64,000 bases of DNA, from positions 24,182,001-24,246,000 of the forward strand of contig NC_087436.1 of the NCBI RefSeq assembly GCF_036321535.1, read 5' to 3'. The translations under genes and the position numbers were made by a program. Positions 41,573-55,323 of this stretch are shown one piece after another (positions within the stretch are counted from its first letter, which is position 1; each line of letters starts with the position of its first letter). This stretch comes from Camelus dromedarius (Eukaryota). Under the pieces are notes generated by a model. The model ran no database searches and had not been told where the DNA came from. It saw only the letters and a list, made by a program, of their open reading frames with translations.

Positions 41573-41828
41573 GTAAGATGGGTATTTGAAAGTATTTTTC
41601 TAGTAGGAAAAAAAAAACTGAATGGATATTAAAAACATAAAATAAGGGTAACCTTATGTACAAGATGTAACTACTCATTTTCCACTTTTGTTTACTGAAG
41701 AGATGCCACCTCCCTGTGGCAGAGCCATTTTTTAACTGGTATTACCAAGGAAAAGATCCTACACTTCACTCTTTAAATTCAGACCTGAGGATGGAGGACA
41801 AAAGAGAGTTCGCTTGCTTGCCTACTTA

Positions 41829-42416
41829 AGAGCTTATCAACCTTGGCATATTTTGAGCCATATAATTCTTTTTTTTTTTTTTTTGTAAGTATAGTTGATT
41901 TACAATATTGTGTTAGTTTCACATGTCTAACATAGTGATTCAGTATTTTTGCAGCTTATACTCCATTATAGGTTATTATAAGATAGTGGCTATAATTCCC
42001 TGTGCTATACAGTATATCCTTGCTGTTTTATTTTATACATAGTAATTTGTATCTGTTAATCCCATACCTCTAATTTGTCCCTCCCCCTTCCCCTCTCCCT
42101 GTTGGTAACAAGTTTGTTTTCTATATCTGTGAGTCTATTTCTGTTTTGGATATACATTCATTTATATTTTTAAGATTCCAGATATAAGTGGTATCATAAA
42201 GCATTTGTCTTTCGCTGTGAGCCAGATAATACTTTGTTGTGGACAGCTGTCCTGTACATTGTAAGATGTTTAGTAGCATACTTGGCTTCTGCCCATTATT
42301 TGCCAGTGGCAGATAGTAATATACTAGTTGTAACAGCCCGAACCATCTCTAGACTTTACCAAATGCCCCTGGATGTTAAAATTATGTCCCCTCCCCCTCT
42401 CATTGAGAACCACTGG
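41829..42416 (-). mobile_element. MER20 (hAT) with a nested antisense L1 3' end at 41872-42217
   Basis: MER20 termini ...TCAACCTTGGCA / GAGAACCACTG; L1 TSD TGAGCCAKATAATWCTTT at 41854-41871 and 42218-42235. Confidence 0.85.
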
Positions 42417-43152
42417 CCTGTATAAGGGCTCTTCTCACAACTCTAGTTTCCTGTCCATCCCATTTGATAGCAGGAATCACCACTCCCTAAAAGACAGAAC
42501 TCCAGTTCCCCAGAGAAGTATAACGTTGGTCTTGTTGGCCTCCACCAGATTACCATATCACTGTTTAATACTACCCCAAATATCATATGATGGATAGTAC
42601 ATTGTAAATAACAAAAACTTTAATTTTAGTACCTAAACAGTAAATTAACATCAACATTTTATAGGTAAGTTTACTGAGTTTCAGAATTCTTCAAGTCATA
42701 TCTTCATAAGTACGTTCATTGAGGATTTATGTTTAACTGTGTATTCTATATATAGCACTGTGCTAGTGGTTGGGGCAGGGGATAAGATAAAATATGATTT
42801 TTGTCCGTGAGGAATTTATAATCTAGCCACCAAACCAAGTTAGCACGGAACCATTAATGAATAACATAGGATAAAACAGAATGTCAGATTTTTTCCCTAG
42901 AGGTGTTTGGGCCTAGACTTCAAAAATTCTAGATGTGTTAAAGTATGAAGGCACACTGGGAGCTAGGATGGAAGGCCTTCTTGTAGTGGACAGTAAGTTA
43001 AAGATGAGTGCCTGTGGTAGTGGCATTCTTCTAGGTAATAAACTCAAATTATGAATAAGCAACACTTACAGATATTTGATATATGTGCAAAGTGTAGTCA
43101 TGGTGGCCTCTGTTGTTTTCTTTATCTCATTCTCTTTCTCCCTTCCCTTTAG

Positions 43153-43195
43153 AATGTTTGATTTTATAGCATTTCCAGTGTTTGACACATCAAAG
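43153..43195 (+). pseudogene. Fossil exon E (43 nt)
   Basis: Very long polypyrimidine tract ending CCCTTTAG|; phase 2: MFDFIAFPVFDTSK. Donor AAG|GCAAAC (GC-type or decayed GT), phase 0. Confidence 0.45.
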
Positions 43196-43839
43196 GCAAA
43201 CTATAGACAATGATTTTGAAGAGGATCTAAATAACTATGAAATTTAAGTATTAAATGTTCTAACTTGCAGATAGAGAAGGTACTTTTTTAATGTCCACAT
43301 TTATAAAAATTTATTTTTTAAATAACTACACAGAAAAATCTCAATTTTAAGTTATACTCTGATACTAGAACAATAAAAACATAAGCATTTTTTTCTTCTT
43401 TTTTTAAATAAAAGGATAAAAGGAAATCCATCTACTTTACTTGGAAGCCAAAAGGAAAACTCTTAAGTAACTGGTTCAAGGACAAAAGCCACAACTGCAG
43501 ATTTACAAACTATTTAGAAATTAATGATAATGGGGATAATAAAATTGAAACATAAGGATTCGGCTAAAGTATTATGTAGGAAAAAAAAACACAGATTGAT
43601 GTTTTAATACTAACCAATACAGAGTGAATAAAAATAATTTCCTAACACTTATGCAGTATTTAACATGTCAGACACTACTGTGTTTTATAAAAACTAACTC
43701 ATTTAATCTTCACAACATACCTATGAAGCAAGTAATATTCTCTCTTTTATCTATAAGGAACATGAGGATCATAGAGGTTACATGTCTTTTCTGAAGTTCA
43801 CTCAGCTAATAAGTGATAAAGTGTATATTCCATGATATG

Positions 43840-46800
43840 TGTTATAGTATGATATATAAAAGTAAACTGTGATAAGCTAAAGATGCCTATTGTAAAACTT
43901 AGAACAACAACAAAAATAATAAAGAAGCATAGCTAAGGCAGCCAATAGAGGAATTAAAATGGAATATACTAAAAATCAGTCAAAAAGAAGTCAAGAAAAG
44001 AGGAAAAATAAAAATGTAGATTCAACAAATATCAACCATATCAATAATTAAATCAATTGTAAGTGGTCTAAACACTGGAATTAAAAAGATACCCCTCTAA
44101 ATGAGAAAGCAAGGCTCAGTTATGTACTATTTACAAAAAGCATCATCAACATAAAGACACAGATAAGTTCAAAGTAAAATGATGTGCAAATAGAGTAAAG
44201 CTGGAATACCTGTGTTAGTGTCAGACAAAGATTGTAGGAAAAAGAATTTGGCCTATCTTCAAGACAAGAGATAAGGAGGGATGTTTCATAATAATAGAAA
44301 AGAGTGAATTCATCAAGAAGATGTAGTAACAAAGCTTCAAATTCCATGAATTAAAAACTGACAAAACAGAAGAGAGAAATAGACAAACCTAAAGTTACAG
44401 TTGAGATTTCAACATTCCCCTCTCAGTATTTGATAGATAAGTAGATCTTAAAAATCAGTGTTGATATAGAGAACTTGAACAATATTAGCTTGACCTAATT
44501 GATACTTACAGAACACTACATCAAACAATGGAAAAGTACACATTTATTTCAAAATAAATATGGAACATTCACCAAGATAGACCATAAACTGGGAGATCTT
44601 TTAAAAATTCTCAATAAATTTAGAAATGACTGAAAGTATCAGTTAAGGTTCAACTGGGAAATAGAAACCACATAGTAATTTGACCATGCAAAGTTTAATA
44701 TAAAGAATTATTAACTATGATAGGATTGGGGTAAAAAGGAATTACCCTAGTAGAGAGTAAAGAGAACTCTAAGTATTACAGGAATACTAGATACAAGAAG
44801 CAATTACTACCCCTAGAGCTGAGATAGATCCCGCAACATGTTCCTTGCCCTGCTTCCAGCTCCAGGCTGAGATCTAGAACTTGTTATGAAGGGCAAGGCC
44901 ATGGCTTATTGACTGGCAGAGAATCTGCTTTGATTCTGTGCTGGTGAAGCATGCTGGAAATCCACCTTCTGGAATTTTCTGAAAATCCACCCTCTAGAGA
45001 AAGCTGTTCCTGAGTAGGTATCTTGTGGGAGCCACTCTGCACCAAAATAGTCTGAAGGTGGATCTGGGGAAGCTGCCCATACTGTAGGAGCTCACTGCTG
45101 AGAAAGCCACTTCCAGTGTAGGAGCCAGGCATTAGGAAGCCGCCTATACTGCAGGACCTAGGCAAAGGAAAAGCTGTAGGCACTGCAGAAAGCAGGTGGA
45201 GGGGGCGTGGGGAGGTGCTAGGGAAGCTATGTGTGTTACAAGTGCCACCCAAGAAAGCAAGAAAGAACTAGGAAGGAAAATTCTTTCCAGCTCTCTCTAC
45301 TGACATAGCTTAACATTGTGCCAGCTGGCAAAGGAAAAAATTTAAAGAGCCTAGTTCCAGATTTACAGCAGGTAATGAATCTAGGAGAGAAAAACAATTC
45401 TTAGTAAATCACTTAAAGGAGAAAAATTTTATGTCTTGATCTTTACAGATGCTGAAAAGGCAGTTGATATAAAATTTAACATCATTTTAATTAAAAAAAT
45501 CTTTGGTAAATTGGAGTAAGATACTTCCTTTATTAAAAAAAGATTATCAAATATTTTACACAAACCTTTGGCCCAGATTGATCACCAGGCAGACAGGAGG
45601 ACATATGTATGTAGCAGCTGCAATCCTGGCCCCGCTGCCAAGTGGAAAGCCATGCATGGGACTCCCTCATTGAAACAAGACTCTATGGGAGCTGAATTAA
45701 TTTTAAGTATATGTTGCTCCTTGGCTATGAGCAGAAACAGAAGCAAAACCTCTGGAAGAAAACATCCCCAATTTAGGTCAGGAGGACTCTCAAGGTTAAG
45801 GTAAAGCAGTGAGTTCACAGTCAAAGAAGTATAAGCACCAAGAAGCCAAACTTCTATGAGTGAGTATCTGCAGAAATAATATTCAATAGATAAATAACTC
45901 CAAGGGCCATTATAGTGGAACTGATAGAGTATAGAATATCTGTTCCAAATGTTTAAAAAAGTAAAGGATGTATTCACAAAAATGAGCAAGGTCCAATGAA
46001 CAGGCCGACTGGGAGGCAGGTGGGAGAGGGGAGACTTAGACATGAAAAATAACAATTGTTGGAATGATAAAACTCAAAATTAGACACAAATGAAAAGAGA
46101 ATAAATGAGAAGATTTATCTGAAGAAATTATCTGGAGTATACTATAGAGAGACAAGGAACTAAAAATATGAAAGAGATAATTAAGAGATGGAGGCTAGGA
46201 TGAAGGAGTCTATTGTATAACTAACTGTAATCTCAGAAGGATAGAAAGAATAAAGGAGAGGCAATATTCTCCCCCAACATTTTGTAAAACTTTTCAAACA
46301 CAGAAAAGTTGAAAGATTTGTGGAATGAACACTCTACCACCTAAATTCCAGAGTTAACGTTTTGTTACATTTGCTGTATCCCTTATCTATCCATTCATCT
46401 ATCCATCTATCAAAGGAATAAATTTTTTGATCCATTTGGGTAAGTTGCAGACCTCACCCCTGAAGAATTCAGTATATCATTAACTAATGTTCAATATGTT
46501 TTATAGTTTTTTTTTCCTCCTAGGTAAAATTTACATACACTAAAATGCATAACTCTTAAATGCACCAGTGAGTTTTTATAAGTGCATATATAGGTATAAC
46601 ACAGACTCCTATCAAAAAATAGAACATACCCATCACCCCAGAAAGTTCCCTTTTGCCCCTCATCAGTCAATCCCTGCCCTCTACCTCCCACTGGTTACCA
46701 CTGTTCTAATGAGATACAATATTTAAAGAAATATTACTATGACTCTTGCGGAAATGATGAAGAACACATACCTACAGATTTAAGAATCACAGCATAACCA

Positions 46801-47130
46801 AAGCAGGATAAATAAAAAGAAATGCATAATGACACATTGTAAAGAAATTGAAGAACTCACAAGAAAAGATCTTTTAAGCAGCCAGAGAGAAAGGTCAGAT
46901 AACTTGCAAAAGAATAGCAACTAAGGTAACAATGGATTCCTCATCATTATTAATGGAAGCCAAAAGTTAATGGAATAATATCAAGTGCTGACAGAAAATA
47001 ATGGTCAGCTAGAATTGTGTACCTACCAAAACTGTTGTTTGAGAACAACGGTTAAAAAGAAACATTTAAGATAAATGAGAACTGAGAGTTTACCTCAGAG
47101 ACCTGCATTAAAGGAATTTATAAATGATAT
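43840..47130 (+). mobile_element. Ancient fragmented L1 region with inserted LTR-like (about 44636-45380) and antisense L1 (about 46280-46710) pieces
   Basis: Degenerate L1 endonuclease-like (GACCTAATTGATACTTACAGAACACTACA...ACATTCACCAAGATAGACCATA) and ORF1-like A-rich sequence. Boundaries approximate. Confidence 0.6.
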
Positions 47131-47154
47131 ATGAGAGGCAGTATTTACTTTGGA

Positions 47155-48604
47155 TCAGTGGAACAGAATAGAGAGCCCCGAAATAAACCCACAGACTTTT
47201 GGTTAATTAATCTTTGATAAAGGAGGCAAGAACATTCAATGGAGTAGACAGTCTCTTTAGCAAATAGCATTGGGAAAACTGGACAGCTGCATGTAAATCA
47301 ATGAAATTAGAACACTCCCTCACACCCTACACAAAAATAGACTCAGAATGGCTTAAAGACTTAAACATAAGACAAGAAACTGTAAACCTCTTAGAAGAAA
47401 ACATAAGCAAAACATTCTCTAACATAAATCTTAGTAATGTTCTCCTAGGGCAGTCTACCCAGGCAATAGAAATAAAAGCAAAAATTAACAAATGGGACCT
47501 AATTAAACTTATAAGCTTTTGCACAGCAAAGGAAACCATAAGTAAAACAAAATGATAACCTAAGGAATGGGAGAAAATATTTGCAAAAGATGAGACTGAC
47601 AAGGCTTAATTTCCAAAATATATAAACAGCTCATACAGCTTAATACCAAAAAACAGACAACCCAATCCAAAAATGGGCAGAAGACCTAAACAAACAATTC
47701 TCCAATGAAAACATTCTAATGGCCAATAGGCACATGAGAAAATGTTCAAGAGCACTAATTATCAGAGAAATGCAAATCAAAACTACAATGAGGTATCACC
47801 TCACACCGGAAGGAATGGCCATCATTCAAAAAGTCCACAAATGATAAATGCTGGAGAGGGTGTGGAGAAAAGGGAACCCTCCTACACTATTGGTGGGAAT
47901 GCAGTTTGGTGCAGCCATTATAGAGAACAGTATGGAGATTCCTCAAAACAGTAAAAACAGACTTACCATATGATCCAGCAATCCCACTCCTGGGCATATA
48001 TCCAGAGGGAACTTTAGTTCAAAAAGATATATGCACCCCAATGTTCATAGCAGCACTATTTACAATAGCCAAGACATGGAAACAATCTAAATGTCCATCA
48101 ACAGATGACTGGATAAAGAAGTTGTGGTATATTTATACAATGGAATACTAATTAGCCATAAAAAGAATAAAATAATGCCATTTGCAGCAACATGGATGGA
48201 CTTGGAGATTGTCATTCTAAGTTAAGTAAGCCAGACACAGAAAGAAAAATACCATGATATCACTTATATGTGGAATCTAAAAAAAAAGACAAAAACTTAC
48301 TTACAAAACAGAAACAGACTCACAGACATAGAAAACAAATATAGTTACTGGGGGTGAAGGGAGTAGGAAGGGATAAATTGGGAATTTGAGATTTGCAGAT
48401 ACTAACTACTATACGTAAAATAGATAAACAACAGGTTTATACTGTATAGCCCAGGGAACTATATTCAATATCTTGTAGTAACCGATAGTGAAAAAGAATA
48501 TGAAAATGAATGTATGTATATGTATGACTGAACTATTATGCTGAACACCAGAAATCGACACAACATTGTATACTGATTATACTTCATTAAAAAAAAAAAA
48601 AGAA
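47155..48604 (+). mobile_element. 5'-truncated young L1
   Basis: ORF2 C-terminus + full 3' UTR + poly(A); 13-bp TSD TATTTACTTTGGA at 47142-47154 and 48605-48617. Confidence 0.95.
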
Positions 48605-49295
48605 TATTTACTTTGGAGACTACTGAGGGTGTGAATCCCTGTTTTGCCATTTGCTAGTTGTGGGACATTAGGCAAGTAAGTTAACATCTCTGTGCTTCAG
48701 TTTTCTCATTTGTCAAATGTTGACAATAATAGTATATACCTCATGGAATTGTTATGAGGATTAAATAAGTTAAAGGAAAGTAGAACTTAGAACAAAGCCT
48801 AGCATAAAGTGCTTTGTGAGAGCTTTTTAAAAAAATTTTTAAAGAAATTATCCCAGAAGAATGGTCTGAGGTACAAGATAGAATGGTGAGTGAATCAAAA
48901 GGTAAACAAACTTTTCAATCCAAACATTGTCAGTCTAAAAAAAAAAGTTTGATTTGTGGTTTAAAAAAATGGACAAAACTAATATCTTGAATAACAATAG
49001 TGTGTAGCCATTGGGAAGAGTAGTCAGTGGAGTTAAAATGATTGTAAGGATCATTCTTTTGTTTACATTTTAAGTTAGAGATACAAGAAAGCTTCTAAAA
49101 AGAACAAATATAGAGTGTAAAAATTCCAAATAAAGGGTGGCAAATGGAATTTTAAAAATCTGAACAAAAAATCGAAAAAATACCCAATAAAGATAGAAAA
49201 ATAGCTCAGAAAAAGCACGGTAAACTTAAACAAAAAAGATGTAGAAATAATTTAAAATACATCAAGAATCAAAGTAAATATATATGAATTAAAAT

Positions 49296-49724
49296 TGAGA
49301 CAGGAAGGAAGGGAGCAGGGCACAACCATTAAAAGAATGACACAGCTCTTGAGGATATGATAAAAACTGATTGGAACCAAGTAGGCCCAAGATGGCATTA
49401 GATTTGACTGGGGCCCAATTCTTGGAAATCCCTGTCCCTTCCCCAAAATAGTTAGAATATTCCTCCCACTTATTAGCATATAAAATTACTCAGCCCATAA
49501 AAACTAACCACCCCTACACCCAGGGGCCATTCTCACCTGAGAGGAACCCGAATTCTGCCTATGGCACGTGTATCTCTCTAAATAAACTTGCTTTCACTTT
49601 ACTTTGGCTCACTCTTGAATTCTTTATTGTGCATAGCTAAGGACCCTCATTTGGCGGCTTACCCCAGGAATTCGTCTGAGACCTGAGACATGACCATTCT
49701 CTTGCTCTCCCTTCTCTAGCAACA
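49296..49724 (+). mobile_element. ERV1-class solo LTR (429 bp)
   Basis: TG...CA termini, 4-bp TSD AAAT, internal AATAAA about 49581. Confidence 0.8.
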
Positions 49725-49782
49725 AAATTCAGTTAAAAGATAGAAATTGAAATAAAAAGAAAAATCTAGCTATGTACCATGT

Positions 49783-50096
49783 ACAAAACACTCAGTTCCT
49801 CAGGAAATTGGTTCCAGGACTCTTGAGGATACCAAAAACCATAAATGCTCAGAGCCCTTATATAAAATGGAGTACTATTTGTATATAACCTACACACATC
49901 TTCCCATATAGCTGAAATCATTTCTAGATCAGGTATAGTACCTAATGTAGTGTAAATGCCATGTAAATAGTTGCCAGCACGTGGCAAATTCAAGTTTTGC
50001 TTTTTGGAACTTTCTGGAAATTTTTTCCCAAATATTTTCAATTCAAGGTTGGTTGAATCCATGGATGCAGAACCCTCAGGTAGGGAGGGCTGACAG
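49783..50096 (+). mobile_element. MER2B-like element
   Basis: Similar to the 30898-31629 copy; ends GGAGGGCTGACAG-TA. Confidence 0.8.
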
Positions 50097-50169
50097 TATA
50101 TACGGGGAAATGGCTTTTCAGGCAAAAGGAAAAGCAAGGTTCAAGGAATGCAAATATTTAAATTCTAAA

Positions 50170-51905
50170 AAATCTGCTTAGAATCAGTATTTTTTTCCAT
50201 TGCAAGTGAAATATAGAACCCTTACCACCACATAGGGGCATTTATCTTCTTTCTCCCTTTTATGTTATGGTTGTCATCAGTTACATCTACATATGTCAAA
50301 AACTTCAGACAATGTTGTAATTTTTGCCTTTATCATCAAACATGTTTTAATGAACTCAAGAGGAGAACAGTCTACTATATTTATACAGATATTTACCATT
50401 TCTGGTGCTCTTCCTTAATTCCTGATGTTCCATGTTTCCTTCTAGTACCATTTCTCTTCAGTCTCAAGAGTGTCCTTGTAGCAATTTTTTAAAAAAACAG
50501 ATCTGCTGGCAATGAATTCTTTTGAGTTTTTCATCACCTAAGAATGTCACTATTTCACCTTAATTTCTGAAAGATACTTTTACTGCCTTTACTATTATGT
50601 GTTGACCATTCTTTTATTTCAGCACTTTACAAATGTTGTGTCACTTCCTTCTGGACTTCATGGTTCCCAATGGGAAATCACAGTAATGCAAATTATTGTT
50701 ACCCTGTAGGTAATACATTGCATTTCTCTGGCTGCTTTCAAGATCTCTTCTTTGTCTTTATTTTTCAGCATTTTGATGATGGTGTGTTTGGAAACAGATT
50801 CCTTTATGTTCATTATGTCTGGGTTTTGTTGAGCTTCTTGAACCTGGAGGTATCTGTCTTTTGCCAGACTTTAGACTTTTCATTATTTATTAAAAATTTT
50901 TCAACACTTATTTTTATTATCCCACAGGTCCCCGAGATTCTATTCATTGTTTATCCAATATTTTTTTCTCTGTTATTCAGGTTAGGTAATTTGTATTGAT
51001 CTATTTTCAATTTCACTGACACTTTCTTCTGTCATCTTCACTCTGCTAATCAGATCATCCAGTGAATTTTTAAAATTTTAGCTACTACATTTTTAAATTC
51101 TAAACTAAACATTTGTTCCTTTTTATATTTTCTATTTCTTTGTTTATACTTTATATTTTTCCATTGGTTTTAAAAGTGCTTTTGACTGCTTGTTAAGAGA
51201 ATTTTTATAACAGGGTTGAGAACTTTGAAAAACCTGAGATTTTACCTTATTTGTAAGTCAACAAGTTAGGCTGCCACAATTTCATGGATAGTGGCAGAAG
51301 ACATTAGTCCCTTGAGTCAGACACAAAGGATAATTTATTACCCACAGCAGTAGCAGGAAGCAGAATATCAGCAGTTATGCCAGTTTTCTGAGCCCTAGGC
51401 CCCACCAAGTAATGCCAGGAAGACCAGGTGATACCTGTACATGCAGTGAGTTTCATTATACGAAAGGAACTCTATGGGAAACTCCAATTTGTAATAAGGG
51501 ACTAGAGAACTTATCCAACTGTACCCTGAAGACATAATCTTTTTTATTCTAGACAGCAAACAAATCTGCCCTTGTCCCAAAAGGAAGACATTATCTCTGT
51601 CTTCCAAGAAAATTTGCTATGCAAACATCCCTGAAAAGATAGCCCAGGAAAAAAGCTGTTAATGCCCTTCCCAAAACACATGCAGAAATACAAGAGATCA
51701 ATGGAGAATTGTCTCCCAACAAATGGCTGCTTCAAAGCCTTTGTCAGATCACTCTACCATCTGTATTCTCTCAGTATTGTCATCTTATTTCCCATGTGAA
51801 TTGAGATTTTTCCTGGTCTTTTGTATGCTTAGTATTTGGATTGTATCCTAGACACTTTGACTATTTTGTTTCTGTTATGAAACTCTGTGTATTGTTTAAA
51901 TTCTA
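50170..51905 (-). mobile_element. Ancient antisense L1 fragment interrupted by a MER89/MER90-like LTR (about 51210-51721)
   Basis: T-rich degenerate L1 sequence; the LTR begins TGTTGGGAGACAATTCTCCA on the minus strand. Confidence 0.6.
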
Positions 51906-52778
51906 TTGAAAATGTTGACTTTTTTTTTCAGCAGGCAATCCACCTGGATAGGTTCATGCTATACTGTAATGGTGTGCACCTCAAGGAAACTAGGATTTGG
52001 GAAGGAAGGAGAAAGGTTGGGGATTGGCAGTGGGGAGCAAGCAGGATACCTACCTTATCTCTAGGCACTTTGGTTGGGGGGTGGGGTAAAGGATTAAAAC
52101 AAACAAACAAACAAACAAACAGCTATAACTCAAGAGTACTGGAAGGAGGCAATATTACCAGGAGATGGCTAGGTTTTTGGTTAGAGTAAGATGATAAAGG
52201 GAATGTTTAGAAAAGTTGTTAAGGATAACAGGATTTGACTGATGACAGCACAATGAAAGAATCAAAATAGATGAAGTGGGAAGTTAGGCTAGAGTAGAAC
52301 AAAGCATTATGGGGTTAAGAATCTTTATGATGAGATGAGTTTTGCCTTATGCCTTAAATCCTGATGTTTTCCCTTAAGTTGATAGGGAAACACACATGCT
52401 TCCTAAACTTACATGTTCATGATGTATCTTTGTTATAAACCTTTTGATGTCATTCGTTTCTGGCAGGTCTCTTATTACCAGCTTCTAGTTGAATGTGTTT
52501 TTGACCCAGTCTGTAAGATTTTGTTAGCAGGAGAATTTTACCTATTGCATGGCAAAATGTTCATTATATACTGTGAAGTCAATAAAGCAGTTTTAAAAAG
52601 AAAAAAAAAAGAATCTATATGATGAACTTGACTTGTTAAAAGAGGCCAATAGGCACATGAGGTATGATGGGGTTATTTCTAATTTTTTTTAAAGGAAGGT
52701 CTAATGATAGCCTGTTGGGATTATTCTATTAAGCAGTTTGTAACCTCTAATTATAGTCTCTTGTGACTGTTCTCTTAG

Positions 52779-52800
52779 GCAGTTTATATTAGTGAAGCAG
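52779..52800 (+). pseudogene. Fossil micro-exon F (22 nt)
   Basis: Branch-point-like CTAAT, TTCTCTTAG| acceptor, AVYISEA+G, donor CAG|GTAGAT; phase 0 to 1. Confidence 0.4.
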
Positions 52801-54262
52801 GTAGATACTGCGATTTGGGTCAGGGAGGAGAAAGTAAACTTACCAGGAGCACACTGAACTCTGTGAGCCTCTAGAATCCAGCTGGGGTTGTGGCTGGAAG
52901 GACCTCTGGAGCCATTATCAAATCCAGGAACACTGAGAACCCTAGAAGCTTCCTTTACAGACTAAATCTTTGGTGTTGCTGCCACTGGACAGGCACTTTC
53001 AGGAGCGTGGGGATCCTGGTGGAAAGGGTATGATGATATAAATATTTACCAGGAAAACCCAAGAACAGCAACATCCTTTTAGGTCTCTCCTCAAACTCTA
53101 ACCTATCAGAGGGGGCTTATTTGAACACATGATCTGAAATAGTATTTTTCATGGTCACTTTTCATGCTCTTAGTATGCTTCCCCCACTTTAACACTTATC
53201 ACAACTTATCATATATTTATTTGTTTAGTATTTCCTCTTGAGAACAGATTTTTTTTTTACTGCTTACTTCCAGAACCCAGAATGGTACCTGGCACACTCT
53301 AAGTCCTCAGTGAATATTTACAGAATGAGTGAGTAGATAGATAAGAATATTGGACCCATTAGGTGAGTTCAGTAATGTGGCCAATTATAAAAATCAATAA
53401 TCCTAAAATTAATAGTGTTTCTATATACCAGCAAAAGCCAGTAGAAAAATATTTTAAAAGATATTTATTACAGCAACAAAAAAATATAAAATAACCAGAT
53501 GTAAACTTAAATGGAAACTAAATAACATTCAAATTTTACTGACAGAAGAATTGAATGAATAGAGAAGCTTACCATTACTGCTGGATGGAAAGACATATGT
53601 AATGATGCGAATTCCCCCCAAATTAATCTATAAATTTAAAATTAATGAAAATCTCAGCAAAATTTTTTAGGGGAAATGGAGGGGCAAATTTTGATAAAAA
53701 AGATTTAAAATTTCATCACGGAGAATAAATGCTTTAGAAAGGTCAATGGAATTCTGAAGAAAGGCACTGATAAGGAACCTTGCTCTACCAGACACAAAAA
53801 CAGAAAACATAGAAAATGACAAATTATTGGTACGTAGTAAAAGCCTTACAAGAAAGAAGTGCATAGCCCAGACACCACTTCTGGAAATTTTTCCAACCAA
53901 CGTTTGCTAAGTAAAGGATGGTTCAAACAAATCATGATTTAAACAAATCTCTGTGGAATACCATGGAGCCTTTAAGAAGGATGATGTAGAACTACATTAA
54001 TTGCTATGGAAATTATTCATCTTTTTTTTGTGTTTAAAAAATTGTTTATAAAACAATGTTATCTCCATTTTTTATAAAATTGAAAAATAGTAACATATAT
54101 ATGTGAAGAAATAATCTGGATGGAAGGTTATACATCAAAATGTTAATAGTAGTTCCTTGGGAATAAGGATTATGGATAATTAAACTTTTTTGTTGTTTTT
54201 TTGAGTCTGTACACTGAAAAAAATTGTTTCCCCAAAAATGGGATGGCAGTTAAACTCTTCAC

Positions 54263-54281
54263 TACTGCCACCTGGTGGCTA
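54263..54281 (-). promoter_or_regulatory. CTCF core motif
   Basis: Minus strand reads TAGCCACCAGGTGGCAGTA, a close match to the CTCF consensus CCACCAGGKGGCRS. Confidence 0.6.
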
Positions 54282-55065
54282 TCATAGAAAGATTTATTTC
54301 TTTTCTATCACCTTAAGAAATAACACACAAAACATCATATTTGTAAAATTGTAAAGAAATCTGCAGTATCACCTAGTTCTATTCATCATTTTATAGCTGC
54401 AGAAATAAAAGGCAAAAAAGTTTAAGCCATTTGTCTAAAGTCACACTGTTAGTGAAACTTAGTAGTAAACTCTTGAGCCCTTTCACTAAATACTTTATGT
54501 AGACCATCTCATTTTATTCTTGTAGAAATATATGAGGTAGTTCCTATTTTTACCCTCATTTATCCCTGTTTAACAGATGAGGATCCTGAGGCTCAGAGAA
54601 AGTGACTTACCCGAGCTTGCACACCGAGGGTAGAACAGGCATTCTGAGGTCCACCTCCCTCTCCTGAACCTCCTCTACGGTGCCATCTTTAGTCTCTGAA
54701 TTACCCTTTCCATCATTTCCCACTGCCTCTTCCTTCAGTGCTTTTGGTAACAACTCTCAGCATATGCCCGGTGTTAATGTTCCTCTGGGTTGAAAAGAAA
54801 GTATAAACATTTACAGAAAGAAATATAAAGAAACAAAGTATCTTTACCCCCAGCTCCTTGTTAAGAATCTTACCCAGACAGAAAGAATGTAAGATACGGA
54901 GGAATCTTACATCAGAGACTTGGGACTATGGATAGGCTTCCTTGCGTTCCGCTGCTCTGGTTTTCCCCATGCTATTTTCCCCGCTTAAGTTTTCATTTAC
55001 CAGAGCTTAAGAGTGAATATCACCATGTGCAATCGTTCATGAACTTCTCCCCCTCTCTCTTTTAG

Positions 55066-55323
55066 CTCTTGCCCAAATTCTCAGGGAAAATGGTCTCCAG
55101 CTCTGGATCTCTCTATCTTTATGCATCAAAAACAAATGGCATAAATGCTAATAAGTGTAAAAACTGTACTAGGGATACATCTTTTGAAAGTGAAATTAGA
55201 AATCGAAATAACTACGTACCATTAGCCTTGGAAGTCCTTGAAAACCTAAAAAGTCTTTCAGAATTGCTCCCAAATGAATATATACCTTTGAATTATTATC
55301 TAATAAAAGCTGATTTTTCCTAA
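55066..55323 (+). pseudogene. Fossil exon G
   Basis: Strong acceptor CTTCTCCCCCTCTCTCTTTTAG|. Phase 1 gives (A)LAQILRENGL; another frame gives ...NYVPLALEVLENLKSLSELLPNEYIPLNYYLIKADF. Weak donor AA|GTACCT. Needs at least one internal frameshift. Confidence 0.4.
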
